64,000 nucleotides of DNA, from assembly GCA_951406725.2 (NCBI GenBank), contig OX597819.1, positions 36,828,001-36,892,000 of the forward strand, written 5' to 3'. Below, piece after piece: positions 14,081-27,939 of this stretch. The position numbers and the translations under genes were made by a program. The stretch is from Octopus vulgaris. Lineage: Eukaryota. The notes beneath the pieces were generated by a model, which saw nothing but the letters and a program-made list of their open reading frames with translations, ran no database searches and was not told where the DNA came from. Position 1 is the first letter of the stretch. Each line of letters starts with the position of its first letter.

Positions 14081-15906
14081 CCACAGAGGAGCTAATCTCT
14101 TAAAGGATTTTCATGCACCCATATATAAGTAATTCCAAGTGTAAACAATAATAAACCTTAAAATAAATTTTTATTTTTCAAAATCTAACAACACTAACTA
14201 GATAGAAAATAATGTTTATTTTTGTATATTTCTACTTTATATTTGAAAAATCTTCTACTTTTATTTAATTGCTATGTCTTTGATCCGATCCTCACTATAG
14301 CACCATGAAAACTGCGAAATTATATTTCCGATCATATAAACCACTTCGAATATAGTTTTAACAATTTTAAAGTGGTTTCTTTTGTGCCGTAAACCATTTG
14401 CAATTTCTGTAATGCCCCGCTTCCTTTGATGCCCTGATAACTTGCTTCTTTTGCTTAATGGTTAAAAGCAGCGCTGCTCATGTTTATCCCGCAGACGCCG
14501 AATCTCATTTATTTAGAAACACCAACCACATTTATCTCATGAGTCTCGGTAAGCATGGGAAGGCCATAAGAAAGACATCTTTCATTAGACCAAGTCATTA
14601 AATAAGCATACAGAAATATCTTTCAATCCTGTTTATATATGGAATGTTTACCATCTTAAACTTTGTAAACTGGCATCCATGACAAGTAGAACACCATACC
14701 AAACCGATAACGTTCGAGAATTCATTATATTGGTTATTTTCTATCTCATGTGTCTTTCTTAACTGACAAGACGATATTCCATTTGTGAAAAGACAATCGC
14801 TGCTGGAAAGTAATATAAGATATTGTTTCATGTAAGATATCTTGCAATATCATAGCTTTGATTAAATACTATTAAGACTTGTTCTATCCATACTACAGTA
14901 CTTGTGATTGCCCGTTTAATATCTCAAGATATATCAACATTCTATAAACGACTCATAACTTGATTTTCTCCTATCTCAGTCAAATGTTTTGTATTTTGGA
15001 GTTTCTTGTTTTGTCTTTCTATACAATCTCTTCTTTTTCTTCCGCTTTTCTTTCCTTCTTACTTTGCTCTTTGTTTTTTTTCCACTGTCACTTCTTATCT
15101 TCCATCTTCCCCTTCTTCGTCACACTCCTCTTTGGTATATAATTCATCAATCTCGTTCGATTCTCTTAATGGTGTTTTTCAATTTGCCCCTCTTTTTCTT
15201 TTTCTATTCTTGCGCTCTGACCGTTCTCCAAATATATCGAGATATTTTTTTCTCTCAATGAAGATAGATATCTCGCATTTTATCTTTGCTTTACTCCGTT
15301 TATATATTTCGTTTAACAATATATATATTTTTTTTTTTTTTGCATTTTCTATCTAGCATTTTTATTCTTTCAGTTTAGTGTCATCATCTTTTCACCTTGA
15401 ACTTCCTTCTTTCATTCATGATAAGATTAACTTTCACATTATCCCCTCCCTTACTCACTCATATCACTTACCTTATTATCATTCTTTCCTTTCCTATTTT
15501 GATATTATATTTCTTCAATACACTCCACAAGTGAATTCGGAATTACTTCCACTCTAGCAATGATGTTACTGTTTGCAGAAAAAAAAATCATTAATCAATA
15601 CAGGTTTATGGTTCTACAATTGCTTATACGGTAACAGTTGAAGCTTCGTATACATCATACCCACATAGAACCAAGATCATATATAGTTACATATCCATGT
15701 GTATGAACGCATGCTACAGGTATTCATATTTTTATTTTATTGATTATTTAGACTAAAGATGCTTTTTTTCTCTCTTTTTGACAACTGAATTATTTTTTAT
15801 TCGTCATTTATTTCTAAGTTAATAAATTTGTTACATATTCTTGAACGCATACAAAAAGTATTCGCAAAAATATTCGTAAAAAATCCACATATACGCATGC
15901 ACACAT

Positions 15907-15967
<61 letters not shown>

Positions 15968-16295
15968 GATTAGAATTGAAAGTACTTATATTTATACATT
16001 CATTTATTGAGTTCTATTTCTCCTCTTCTTGCAAACACCTTTTTCTCTATATAAATGTATATCCATGAGTGCGACAACTTATTTTTTTACCATTGACATA
16101 GTAAAGTGAGCCCTGCTTAGTATTCACAACGACCTTCCCCTAAAGTCAGCATCCATCTAACTTATTTTCTTCCCTGTCTTACCCCATCTCCTTATCTTTA
16201 TTCTCAACAACTTTAGACAGTTGCCCACTCCAACAACTGTGACCTCTTCCTTCAATCCTCTTACCGGCAATTTCACTTCTTTATACAATTGCTTT

Positions 16296-16500
16296 TTATT
16301 ACCTCCGCTTTAGCGAAGGTGAAGGTATAATTTTCAGTCGCGTTTGTTTGTTTGTTTGTCTGTGGACAAGATATCTGAAGAACCACAGGATGGATTCAGA
16401 TGAAACTTTCAGGGATGTTTGACCTCGTTACTAACAGAACTGATTAGATTTTGCGATCGATCCGCTATCGGACAAGGATTCTGGATTATTTTTCGTTTTT
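16296..16500 (+). mobile_element. Helentron-associated (HINE/DINE-like) non-autonomous element, 5' part
   Basis: TTATTACCTCCGC...GGT start, (GTTT)n/GTCTGT microsatellite, then GGATT...ATGAAACTT core typical of HINEs. Confidence 0.55.
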
Positions 16501-16603
16501 TTTTTTACTTAAGTTTTGAGAGTGAGATTGAACCCGGACCCATGTGGCTGGGAAGCAAACTTCTTACCAAACAACCATACTATATACGGAATATGTGAAT
16601 ATA

Positions 16604-16696
<93 letters not shown>

Positions 16697-16761
16697 TGTA
16701 TACAGATGCACACATACATACAGACAGACAGCTGACATAGATAGATAGACAGTTAATTATA

Positions 16762-16920
16762 CGTGCAGGCGTACCTCTATGACAAGAAAATTTATTCACA
16801 ACCACATGGTTTCAAGTTCAGTCCCACAGCATGGCACCTTGGACAAATGTTTGCTACTATAGCCTCGGGCTGACCAAAGCCCTGTGAGTGGATTCGGTAG
16901 ACGAAAACTAAGAGAAGCGT
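16762..16920 (+). mobile_element. SINE family A, 5' half
   Basis: ACCACATGGTTTCAAGTTCAGTCCCAC..CATGGCACCTTGGACAA...CTATAGCCTCGGGCTGACCAAAGCC. Confidence 0.75.
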
Positions 16921-16957
16921 ATAGTACAGTATAGTGTAGTGTAGTTCAGTATATATA

Positions 16958-17143
16958 CTCCCCTTCCTTCTTCCCTCTTCTCCTCCCTCTCCTCTTCCCT
17001 CTGCCCTCATCCTCTCCTTCTCTCTCCCCTCCCTCTTTCCTCCTTCATCCCTCTCCTCCCCTTCCTTCTCCCCATCCTCTCCTCTTCACCCTCCCTCCCC
17101 TCTTCTTCCCTCCTCTCCCCCTCTTCTCCCTCCCTCTCTCCTC
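16958..17143. repeat. Polypyrimidine (C/T) low-complexity tract
   Basis: About 185 bp almost entirely C/T on the + strand. Confidence 0.85.
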
Positions 17144-17145
17144 AC

Positions 17146-17179
<34 letters not shown>

Positions 17180-17295
17180 GTACTAATACATACTAGCATT
17201 GGTATTCCACTGGATCTCCCACGTGATACTCTCGGCAGGACCGATGACAGTATTTATGTATGTATATACATAAATATTTATATATATATATATAT

Positions 17296-17402
<107 letters not shown>

Positions 17403-17411
17403 TAATATATA

Positions 17412-18778
17412 TCAGGTTGGTGCAAAGGTAATGGCCCATTTAAGGTCTCTATTAAAAATGAATAAGCCCATGACTAAGACAATATTTATTCGTTGTGTGC
17501 CTAAGGCGGCAAGCTGGTAGAAATGTTAGAACACCGGGCGAAATGCTTAGGGGTATTTCGTCTGCCGCTACGGTCTGAATTCAAATTCCGTAGAGGTCGA
17601 CTTTGCCTTTCATCCTTTCAGCGTCGATGAAACATGTACCAGAGACGCACTGGGGGTCGTTGTAATCGACTTTGTTCTTTTTTGTCCCCTCTATGTTTAG
17701 CCCCTTGTAGGCAATAAAGAAATAAATATTTATTCTTTATGTACCTAAAGTAGAAAAGAATTTTTTTTCGTTAACATAATAGCCGTTGTTTTCTAGAACT
17801 TCATTCCATTGGTCAACAAGCTTATATATGCCACCCTTGTAAAATTGCTTAAGTTTTAATGCGAAATATCAATCCGACTCATTTTGAACTTCCTGGAACA
17901 AGTGATAATGAGAATAGGCAAGGTGTGGCGAATATGGAGGATGAAGCAATATTTACCAACGAAGCTCTTCCAAGAGATTTGGGTCAGTCGAACTGTATGC
18001 GGACGAGCATTATCATAGTGGAAGATGACACCCTTTCTGTTGACTAAGCAGGGTCACTTTCTGTTAAAAGCAGCTTTCAAACGATGAAGTTGATCCCAGT
18101 AGGGATTATCAGCAATTGTTTGATTGTTGTCTGACAATTCGTAGTGGGCAATTCCTTCAATATCCCACCATACACTCAACATAATCTATCTTGGATGAAG
18201 TCCTCCACTTGGTTGAACAGGTCTTCCTCCTCGACTGATCCATCATCGGCAGCGTTTAACGTTATGGTAAAGGATCCACTTCTCATCACCTGTAACAAGC
18301 CTTCCTAAAATGGTTCCTTCAGGTGTTGTGAAAGCAATGACTGACAAAAAACAACACGCTGTTGCAGATTCTCTGGAGACAGTTCGTGCGGGACCCATTT
18401 TCCAACAACTGAAACCTTTCCGATCCTTTTCAGTTGGCGTTGAACAGTTGTATGTGCTACGTTAAACTGTTCTGCAAGTTCTCTACAATTAGCGTTCGAT
18501 TTTCTGTGACAACAGCTTCCAGCTTTTCGGAATCAAGTTCTTTAGAACGAAGTTCTTTTGGCTCGTCTTTCAAACTCGAATCCCCACTTCTGAAGCGAGA
18601 AAACTATCTGCTACAACTTCTTTCACTGAGTATATTATCCCCATAAACTCTCTAAAAGGACTTTGCTACTGTGCTTGCATTGACACCTTTAGGAAACTCA
18701 TAGAGTAAGACATGTCCAATGTGATCGTTAGATGGAACGAACACGGGTGCGAATGCAGCAGAAGGTTATGGCCATTAC
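17412..18778 (-). mobile_element. Near full-length mariner fossil (cecropia/Hsmar1-like TIR) with a SINE insertion
   Basis: TA-TCAGGTTGGTGCAAAGGTAATGG TIR. Minus-strand motifs WVPHEL (~18380-18400), VTGDEKWILY (~18267-18296) and FYKGGIYKLVDQWN. Partial second TIR ~18768-18778. Confidence 0.88.
17492..17724 (+). mobile_element. tRNA-derived Nin-domain-type SINE (family B)
   Basis: GGCGGCAAGCTGGTAGAA head and GTCGACTTTGCCTTTCATCCTTTC core. 11-bp TSD AATATTTATTC (17481-17491 / 17725-17735). Confidence 0.85.
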
Positions 18779-19227
18779 AATCAAAATCTGAAAAACAATG
18801 TATAAATTACTCGTTGTGACATGCTTAAAACATTGCAAAAGACACAATATCGTTCGTACCTCCTTCAACAATATTCACAATATTAATGAATACAACCTGG
18901 AGAAGACACTTGGTGGAGTTTCTAAATATCCAGCAGCTTAAAAGTACGCACTACCTATAGCCAGTCGTTATTATAATGGATATTTCATCCATTTCTATCA
19001 TGACTATTTTCTTTTCTGCCGATGTAAGTATCTCCACTCTCATAATACCGGTAAGCTTTTAAACTTAATGACAAAAAAATGAATAATTGCAACTTCTGAG
19101 CATGCCCACAGCCTTTAGAGAACGAGAGCGAGAGAGTGAGAGAGAGAGAGAGAGAGAAACAGACAGGCAGACAAGCAGACAGACAGACAGACAGACAGAG
19201 GAAGGGAGAAAGAAGCCAATGGAAGTA

Positions 19228-19527
19228 CAGCGGAACCTAAGTTTACGAATGCCTGTCATGAACAAATCGGTTTGCGAGCAATTTTTCGAACATGGGTGAC
19301 GGACGGTGTCTCGAGTAACGAACACGCAAGCTAGAAGCAACGGTTGGGGACAAGCCAAGAGTATCAGTAGGAGAGCACCAGTTTCTGTCAAGCTTACGCT
19401 CAGTGCACGTACCTCGAATTTGCCATGACTTCCCTTGAATTTCCTATGGGAAAAATAGTTTCGGCTAACGTACATTTCAGGTTACGAATTCAGGAATCAA
19501 TTAAATTTGTAAACCGAGGCTCCACCA
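19228..19527. mobile_element. pogo/Tigger-type MITE
   Basis: TA-CAGCGGAACCTAAGTTTACGAA ... TTTGTAAACCGAGGCTCCACCA-TA: imperfect 22-bp TIRs with TA TSD. Confidence 0.65.
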
Positions 19528-21456
19528 TATATATATATAGATTGATATCATCCTGTGCTTCCCAAAAGCTTTCAGCCAGAACATGATACATGATACATTC
19601 CAAAAGTAGGATAAAACTTCTAAGTAGAATAACATGTAAATCATAAGAAAATAATTCTGTTTCTTCACACACTTTGAAGTGCACTTATATTGCACATGTT
19701 CTGTTAGATTATTACGGATTATAATTGAAATATGGCAGGGAAGTGTGCGATGCCTCTTTAATCTGTGAATTCGTTACCAGAAATGTTTGTAAACTACGTT
19801 GTACCAAAACGCTTAGACATGAGAGAATAGGCAGAAATTGTTAAATTCCAATTTAATCACTAGCAGATTCTGCGATTATAGATTTTTGTGTCAGATGCAA
19901 AATTATTGTGTCATGCAATGGATTCAACTACTCAACGGTTTATTGCTGGTTGTTTAACCTATTGTCAACTATAGTTAAGCAGAAATATAATGAACGATTC
20001 CCAGCCGTGATCATCTCAGTTTTTCAGTACTTAACATTTTCTTTCTTTAAAGATAATATGATACGATTTCAAGCAAGTTTGACTGTTATTTCTAGCATGA
20101 CAAGCAACCGCATGCTGGTTCCTTCGTTTCTTCGTCAACCCACAAGTAGAACATAACGACAGATTGACCTGCTTCGTCATAAACAGGTGACGGACATCAA
20201 GTGGTAGAGGAGATATTTAGGGAAATCTACACTACCCTACTATGTTTGAGTTCTATGCTTTTAACAAGCTTAACTATGGAACAATATCGAACACATATTT
20301 TATTTGTGATCTGTATATCATACTTAAAACATTAATACTGTCGAAAGCCTTTTGAACTGCGTATATACGCTTCAACACTATATATGCGTTAAGTAACATA
20401 TAGAGATTGCTAATTTGAATGAATACTGCTTCCGTCGCTTAGAATAAAAGTTTATTTGCATTGTTAATGGTTACTATGACACCACCACAGATAATATCAT
20501 TCCCAGCTAATATCATTTGTCAGCGAGGTAAAATTCAGGAATTAAAACATTTTTAAAGGTTAGCTTTGACTGTCCCTTGCTAAATTAGTAGACATAAATT
20601 AGATTCACTGTAATATTCTGGATAGAAATGCTATAATCAAAGTAGTCAATAACATCATCTTCTCTTGCTATGCATTAAAGGAATAACTGTGGTTATACAT
20701 CCCCCAGAGGTATCGACAAGCTAAGTTAAATGAAATAGCATCAAGGTAGCGATTCAGATTAATTCTGTTTATTGGACTTTTTCATGGCTTACAGGAATAA
20801 GGGCAGCATCGATGACCTTTTGCAAGACACCTGAGATTGATAGGAATAGAAGAGAAAAGCAAATGCAACTCAGAAGAAAGCGTAGCACCAACCTTTAATG
20901 TTTCTAATGAAACTGGAGACCTGATCTGAATGCTTAAAACAAATGGCATTTTTTATAGTTACACAATGAAAAGAGGTGGGTTAAACCATGGGACATTCAG
21001 GATATATAATCCAAGAACAGATATTGTCTATACGTTTTGTAAACTGTTCCGTAACTCTAGAATTTCTTAAGAAATATTTATACTGTGGTTGATGGGTCAT
21101 ACTACGGTCTCTTACATTTTAATTAGAAACTGTGAAAAGCAAAGAAGACAACTGACATATAACTTATTAGTCTTACAATTATTTCATAAAGACATCAAGT
21201 CTAACGTAGACAGTGTGCACGAGTCAGTACACGTATAGTAGCACATATGCATGTATGTGTTTGCGTGGGTTGGAATATTCCTCGAGCATATTTGAACTGG
21301 TAACAAATTCGTATTTATACACATCCCTACTTAGCAGTGTTGCCCCATATTTTACCTACGGTGAGCCGCTGAATAGAGCAGTCATGCAGCTATGACAGGA
21401 ATATCATAAGGAGCATCTGTGTCCTGTATCAGTCCGCAGCGTCCGCCTTTTCAGTT

Positions 21457-21500
21457 TCTGCTGCTGAGGAGATAACCACTCCGAAATGCATGCATCCAAG
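21457..21500 (+). ncRNA. Hammerhead ribozyme candidate with palindromic stem III
   Basis: ctg-CTGCTGA-ggag(ataacca)ctcc-GAAA-tgcatgca-TC-caag. Core has A6->C; AUC triplet. Confidence 0.55.
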
Positions 21501-21586
21501 TCTGGTTAGCGATCGCTGTCAACAGATTCAGGTTGACTGCGCAAAATTTTGTCCATCACAAAATACAATCAATGGCTCTCTTGATT

Positions 21587-21988
21587 GCAGAATTGTTAGC
21601 AAGCCGGGCAAAATGCTAAGCGGTATTTCGTCTGGCTCTACATTCTGAGTTCAAATTCCGCCGAGGTCGACTTTGCCTTTCATCCTTTCGGGGTCGATAA
21701 ATTAAGTACCAGTTACGCGCTGGGGTCGATGTAATCGACTTAATCCGTTTGTATGTCCTTGCTTGTCCTCTCTGTGTTTAGCCCCTTGTGGGTACTAAAG
21801 AAATAGGTATTTCGTCTAGCGTTACATTCTGAGTTCAAATTCCGCCGAGGTCGAGTATGCCTTTCATCCTTTTAGGGTCGACTAAATAAGTGTCAGTTAC
21901 GCACTGGGGTCGATGTAATCGATATAATCCCTTTGCTTGTCCTGGTTTGTCCCCTTTATGTTTACCCCCCTACGGGCAATAAAGAGAT
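21587..21988 (+). mobile_element. SINE family B, tandem dimer
   Basis: One unit at 21587-21805, then a second beginning at GGTATTTCGTCT (21806). Both contain GAGTTCAAATTCCGCCGAGGTCGA...CATCCTTT. Confidence 0.85.
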
Positions 21989-22178
21989 ATATATACGAAG
22001 AGAAATGAGAAAAGGAAAGGTTCTTTATGTAAAGAATGCGTAATGCAGACTATAATATTATGTGTGTATTCAAGGGTATCTAGAATTAAAAATATATCCA
22101 CCTTCGAATTATATCGTTAGTGAATTCTCATATACATTGATATAAGGGCATCCACACACACGCACACGCTCTCTCTCG

Positions 22179-22252
<74 letters not shown>

Positions 22253-22654
22253 CATGAGTGTGTATATGTGTGTATCTATGACATACCAGTCCACCAGGCA
22301 TATGTTTGTGTGTGTCCGTGTGTTTGTTTTTAACTCATACAGAGCTAATGCTATATGCACCCTAGCACTGTGAGATACGTTAAAATTGTTATAAATGTAT
22401 GGAATCCCTAAAAGATAAATAATAAAAAAAAAGATATCGTTACTAAAATGCTTCATTTAAATGTCGCTGCAATTATCGTTTTATTTTATATGTCTGCAGC
22501 GGACCCGTCATCTTATCACTACTTTTACTCGTATAAATATAGCAAAGTCTTTGCTCTCTCACTCTCCTTCTCTCTCCATGTCTTCATTCTCCCTCGCTCT
22601 TTCTCTTTCTCTCTTTCTCCCTCTCTGTATATACGTATGTGTGTGCGTATTTTT

Positions 22655-22689
<35 letters not shown>

Positions 22690-22725
22690 TACATAGTATA
22701 TATATATATATATTTATGTACTTAG

Positions 22726-22764
<39 letters not shown>

Positions 22765-24686
22765 CGCATACATATGTATATGTATATATATACGTGTTGT
22801 GTGTACGTATGGGTGTGTGCGCACATGTATGATTTAATTGAAGTTCAATGTACTTCAGACTATTCTTGCATATGTATGTATGCATGCATTTATGTATGTA
22901 TGTATGTATGTAAATGTGTATGTTTGTTTATATCCATAAATGTATGCCCGTTTGCATTCGTTCTTTGGGTTTCTTTGCTTGTTTTTTTTTTTGGTGGGGG
23001 TTGTTTTGTTTTCTTTTTGTAAGCATGTTTCTATGTACTTCAGCTTCTGAAATGTACTTGAGTTCTGAAATAAAGAAGTATATAAATATATAACATAAAA
23101 GCGAATATTTTACTTGTAATTTAAAAAATTTCTTTGTAAACATTTGTTTTCGCAAAAAAACCTGTAATAATTTAGTTAATTACTTCAAATGAATTATTTT
23201 CTTAATCATATATTTACAGCAATTTTGGACCGTAAACAATATTTTTGGATTTTCCAGGAATATAAAAAAATTAGATTTTTCCACATATAAACATTTCTAT
23301 GGTTAATTTTTTTTATTAAAGTTTCTTTGATCATCAATTAATTTAGGCTCATTTTGAACTGCAAATTAATATTTAGAATAAACAAAGCTCACTTTGAGCC
23401 TCAGTTGGTGCTTGGTTTCCTTAAGATCAGTTACCCCGAGCCATATTTGTACAATTCCATTCCACCTACTGCCAAAATTTTGTGCTCGGTAGTATTGAAA
23501 CCGGTGTTGAAGATAGCAATGTCAAAAGAAATTACAACCTCGGAATTACGTTGCTCTACTTGATGCTAGTAACCCTCAGACGCTTTATCCAAATTTTAGC
23601 AAGATGCCTTAGGGAGATGGCAGTCTACATGTCTTCAATGATACTGCAAAGTAACTTCACACTTTTGAAGATGATATTGAAACAACTTCTTCCGTCATTT
23701 TAATTTCTCTTTATACAGAAATGCGTCTCTTTGTATTATAAATAAACTATGTGATAAACGCTGTGCAGTTGTTGAGTTACCGAGAAACAGATCGGGGGGG
23801 AAAAATAACATTAAAAAACGGACTGTTATTTACATTCGCTAGACTCCCAGGGAATAGTCGCTAAATCTCAATTCAAATCAAATATTGTCTTGAAAATAGA
23901 TATATTAGATAATGTAGCAAAAAGGTGCAAAATAGGTAAAAAAAAAAATTCGCGATGCTCATAGCTGGGTTAAATTCTATCGAAGTTCTGTGTAACAAGG
24001 GTTGGCATGACGATAAAGAAGGACAGCTACAATACTGGGAAAAAAGGAATACCCTGTATTTTAATATTGCTATAGCTATCAAAATTAATTAATGAGTGGT
24101 AGAAATAAAATGAAGCAATATATATTAGTTACATGCAGTCATTTCAAAACAATAAGCAAAACTGTATTGTGTATTTCGAAAGAAAAAATACAGTTATTAA
24201 TAAGAATTTGAAGTAAAAGCATCAATGTTTCACAACTCCAGCATCACTCCTTCATGGTTAGCCTACGAACTTTTCATCCCACCTTCGTATGTCCGTGTGT
24301 ATGCATAATTATTTTAAATTTTTAATCTCGATTTAAACTGACATATCGTTATATGTTGTAGTGTCCATGTTCGTCCCCTTCTATGTACGTCTTCTATAGA
24401 TAATAAAAGAAATTGTGTATGCATGATTTTATAGATACATATATATATATATATATGTGTGTGTTTGTGTGTACATAGTAGAGTGTTTATGTAATTGCAC
24501 GTATATATCTTTGAATTCTATGTGTATATTTTTGTGTATATACAAGTATGTTGTAAGTGTGCGTATGTCCTTGTGCGTACGCTTATATGATTGCATAAAT
24601 ACTAATGTGTATTTGCGAATGTTTCGGTGTGTGTGTGTATGTATGTTTCTGTATGCATGCACGATTTTCTATTACTTATAATCTGG

Positions 24687-25187
24687 AGAGACGGCAGTGC
24701 CCATGACTCATTGCTGGGCCTCCAGCATATTGCTGAGATCGAGGGAGAATCTTCAAACCGGAGAACTAACCCGAATGCATGCAACACAGTTGATTTCACT
24801 AAAGTCACCTAACTTGAGAGGTGGTGGTGTTAAACCGGGCAAGTGTACTGAAATAGGTCTGAAATAGTCTTCGCCCACGGAAGACTTCCACTTGTGGTCT
24901 CATATCACTCATAGCCACCTTGAGCTTTCTTCAGTCGTCTCACTTATCTTCTCTAGGAAATAGCGCACATATCTATCTGGAGAGCTGCGGCAGCTGACTT
25001 CAATGGAGAAAGAGGCTGTATGCCATCACTTAACATGAAACTCGCCGATCAAGTCCGGATATTTGGCTTTCTTTACATTGTAGGAAATACCGTTTTTGCC
25101 TTTCCAAGATGTCTGTTCGGACCACTATTGTTTTCGGACTTCTGGAGAGCAGTAATATGTCTCATCGGAGTAATGTTAAGACCTGAT
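24687..25187 (-). pseudogene. Possible decayed LINE (RTE-like) 3' region interrupted by the Gypsy element
   Basis: Higher-GC block ending exactly at the LTR. Only weak translated resemblance. Confidence 0.25.
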
Positions 25188-25422
25188 TGTTGTAGGGAAT
25201 TAGTAATAATGGTACACCTCCTACGTGACTAGCGGAGAGAGTCACTATAAGTAAGGTGACGTCGGCCAGTATCGAGAGAGTACTAGAGTACGTGTTATGC
25301 TGTGTTGAGTCGTGTGTTACAGAGCTAATATCGATACTGCGATAACCGAAGTGGGCGTATTAATATACCGATATATAAAGGATAAAACAGTGACGACACA
25401 AGTCACAACAGTGGCGACGAGG
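25188..25422 (+). repeat. 5' LTR (25188-25410) plus primer-binding site
   Basis: TGTTGT...ACAACA termini, TATATAAA at ~25372, followed by G-TGGCGACGAGG (25412-25422). Confidence 0.75.
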
Positions 25423-26252
25423 AGTTAACTCACGAGGAATAGATAAACTCGATGAGGATAAAACAATTCACGTCGAGTTAATAGGAACTCGGAGAGGTGT
25501 TAATAAACTCACGAAGTGGGTGTACGAATGTTACTAAAAATCGTAAAAGTATGGAAAATTTGTTGGCAGGTTTGCTGGAGTTGCAAAAACAGTAACAACA
25601 GCAGCTGAGAGAACAACAGCAACAGCTGATACAACTGCAAGAGCAACAACAGAAACAACAGCAGTTAGTTTTGCAACAACAAGTGCTGCAATTAATGAAG
25701 TCGTCAGGAAAATCAGAAAGTTTTCTTGACAAACTATGTTGCGAACTTCAGAACTGAGTTCAAATACAAACCAGATGAATGAGTTACCCTCGAAGCATAC
25801 AACAGAAGAAATGAGAAAAATCTTCGAGAAAGAATGTAAAGATTGGGTCGACAAGATGAAAACGCGCTTAATCTTAAGAAAACTGGCGGCAGCAGAACAC
25901 GAAAGATACAGAAATTACGTACTTCCAAGAAAACCTTCGGACATAAATTTTAATAACATAATAGATATATTGTGTAAAATTGTGAGTGAAAAAAGCTCAT
26001 TGTTCAACACACGTTGGAAGTGTCTGAATATAGATAAAAAGTTACGAGTACATATGCTGCTAGAGTAAACAGGGAATGTGAGGAGTTTAAGCTGGATAAT
26101 TAACTTCAGATATGTTCAAATGCCTGGTTTCTACCCAGAGGCTAACTGCCGAAAAGGATGCAGAAGTCAGAACTAGAATTCATACAAAGCTGGAGCAAAA
26201 CCAGGATGTAACCCTGCAAAACGTGTTTGAAGAATATGAATGGATACTTAAA

Positions 26253-26665
26253 GGATCTTTTCGGTTTGAACGGCAGTTTTTAACATAATTTCTAGGTAAC
26301 TAAACACTTTTAAACTTCGTATACTGGTAGAATGTGTTTATAAAACATCTTTCTCTCTTGGCTTTATTGAGAAAATTCTATAGTTTGTAAGATAGTTGTT
26401 GTTTTTTTCTTCAATTTCTGCAATTTCAACCAATCAATGACGTGTATTTGAGGTGAAAACATTCTGTGCCGTATGAATATGTCCCTCGTTTAAGAAACAG
26501 ATTGGGTTTATTTACATTTCTGAAGAAAAAAGATACCCTTCCCCTACCCCTAACCCTAACCCTAAAATAGATTGAAATGCAATAGATTAATACTAGGTTC
26601 ATAATTATGGGTGACAATTTCATATGACACCGCTAGAAAAACTGCCGTTCAAACCGAAAAGATCC
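26253..26665 (-). mobile_element. Merlin-like MITE copy 2 (in Gypsy gag)
   Basis: Perfect TIRs GGATCTTTTCGGTTTGAACGGCAGTTTTT. Perfect 8-bp TSD TACTTAAA (26245-26252 / 26666-26673). Confidence 0.92.
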
Positions 26666-27077
26666 TACTTAAATTGAGGCACGACACAGAGAAAACAACG
26701 TAAAGATTGTTTCCAAGTAAAACAAGTGTGGAATAGTCTGAATAAAGTGTTTTCTAAAAAGCACGACAAACATTAGGATATAAACTCATGTTTTGCGTGT
26801 GATGGTATGCACCCGGGGAAAAAATGTCCATTTCAAAAACGCGAAGTACTTTCCTTGTGGTTATATAGGACATATCAAGACACTGTAGAACAAAGATAAA
26901 AAAAGAAAGTCAGAATAAAGGAAAAAATATAGATAGTTAGTCATAGCAAAAAAAAAAAAGGGTGATACAACGAACAGAAAATTCATACAGTTGAAAATTT
27001 AAAATAAAGTTGTAAAATTGAAGTTCGATTCAGGTAATGGCATTACCATTATAAATGAAAAAAACCCAAAAATCGTG

Positions 27078-27518
27078 GGATCTTTTCGGTTTGAACGGCA
27101 GTTTTTTCTAGCGGTGTCATAGGAAGTTGTCACCCATAATTATGACCCTAAAATCGATCTATTGCATTTCAATCTGTTTTAGGGTTAGGGTTAGTTAGGG
27201 TTAGTTATGGTTAGGGATAGGGTTAGGGGTGGGGGAAGGGTATCTTTTTTTTCTTCACAAATGTAAATAAACCCAATCTGTTTCTTAAACGAGGGGCATA
27301 TTCATACGGCACAGAATGCTTTTTAACTCAATAGACGTCACTGATTGGTTGAAATTGAAGAAATTGAAGAAAAAAACAACAAATAACTTATAGAATTTTC
27401 TCAATAAAGGCAAGAGAAAAAGATGTTTTATAAACACATTCTACCAGTATACGAAGTTTAAAACTTTTTAATTACCTAGAAATTATGTTAAAAACTGCCG
27501 TTCAAACCGAAAAGATCC
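27078..27518 (+). mobile_element. Merlin-like MITE copy 3, flanked by a ~240-bp direct duplication
   Basis: Same TIRs. No 8-bp TSD; 26839-27077 is repeated at 27519-27752. Confidence 0.9.
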
Positions 27519-27939
27519 AAGCGAATTACTTTCCTTGTGGTTATACAGGACATATCAAGACACACTGTAGAACGAAAATATAAAAAAAACGTCAGAATAA
27601 AGGAAAAAATATAAGATAATTTGTCATAGCGAAAAAAAGGGTGATACAACGAACAGAAAATTCATACAGGTGAAAATTTAAAATACAAGCGTAAAATTGA
27701 AGTTCGATTCTGGTAATGATATTACCATTATAAATGAAAAAACAAAAACGTGGAAACAAGTCGGTAGGTAGAAATTAATTAAATCTAAAAAGGTAGCACA
27801 TGGTGTTACGGGAAAAAGATTATTTTTCTTTTCGGTGAATGCGTATGTAGCATAACATTTCGAGGTCAAACGAAAAAAGCTAAGATATATGTATTAAAAT
27901 ATTCACTTAATTTATTTGGTACAGAGTGGATAGAACTAT

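Noticed and set aside
14590-15360. Possible decayed retroelement ORF on the minus strand
   Set aside because: A-rich minus strand is suggestive, but no diagnostic motif could be read.
16376-16410. CTGAAGA...GAAA hammerhead-like motif
   Set aside because: No closing stem II or stem I. It lies in the HINE core, where ATGAAACTT is a standard motif.
23350-23720. Host exon or transposase fragment
   Set aside because: Stops in the frames examined and only a vague resemblance to a DNA transposase C-terminus. Cannot be supported without a homology search.
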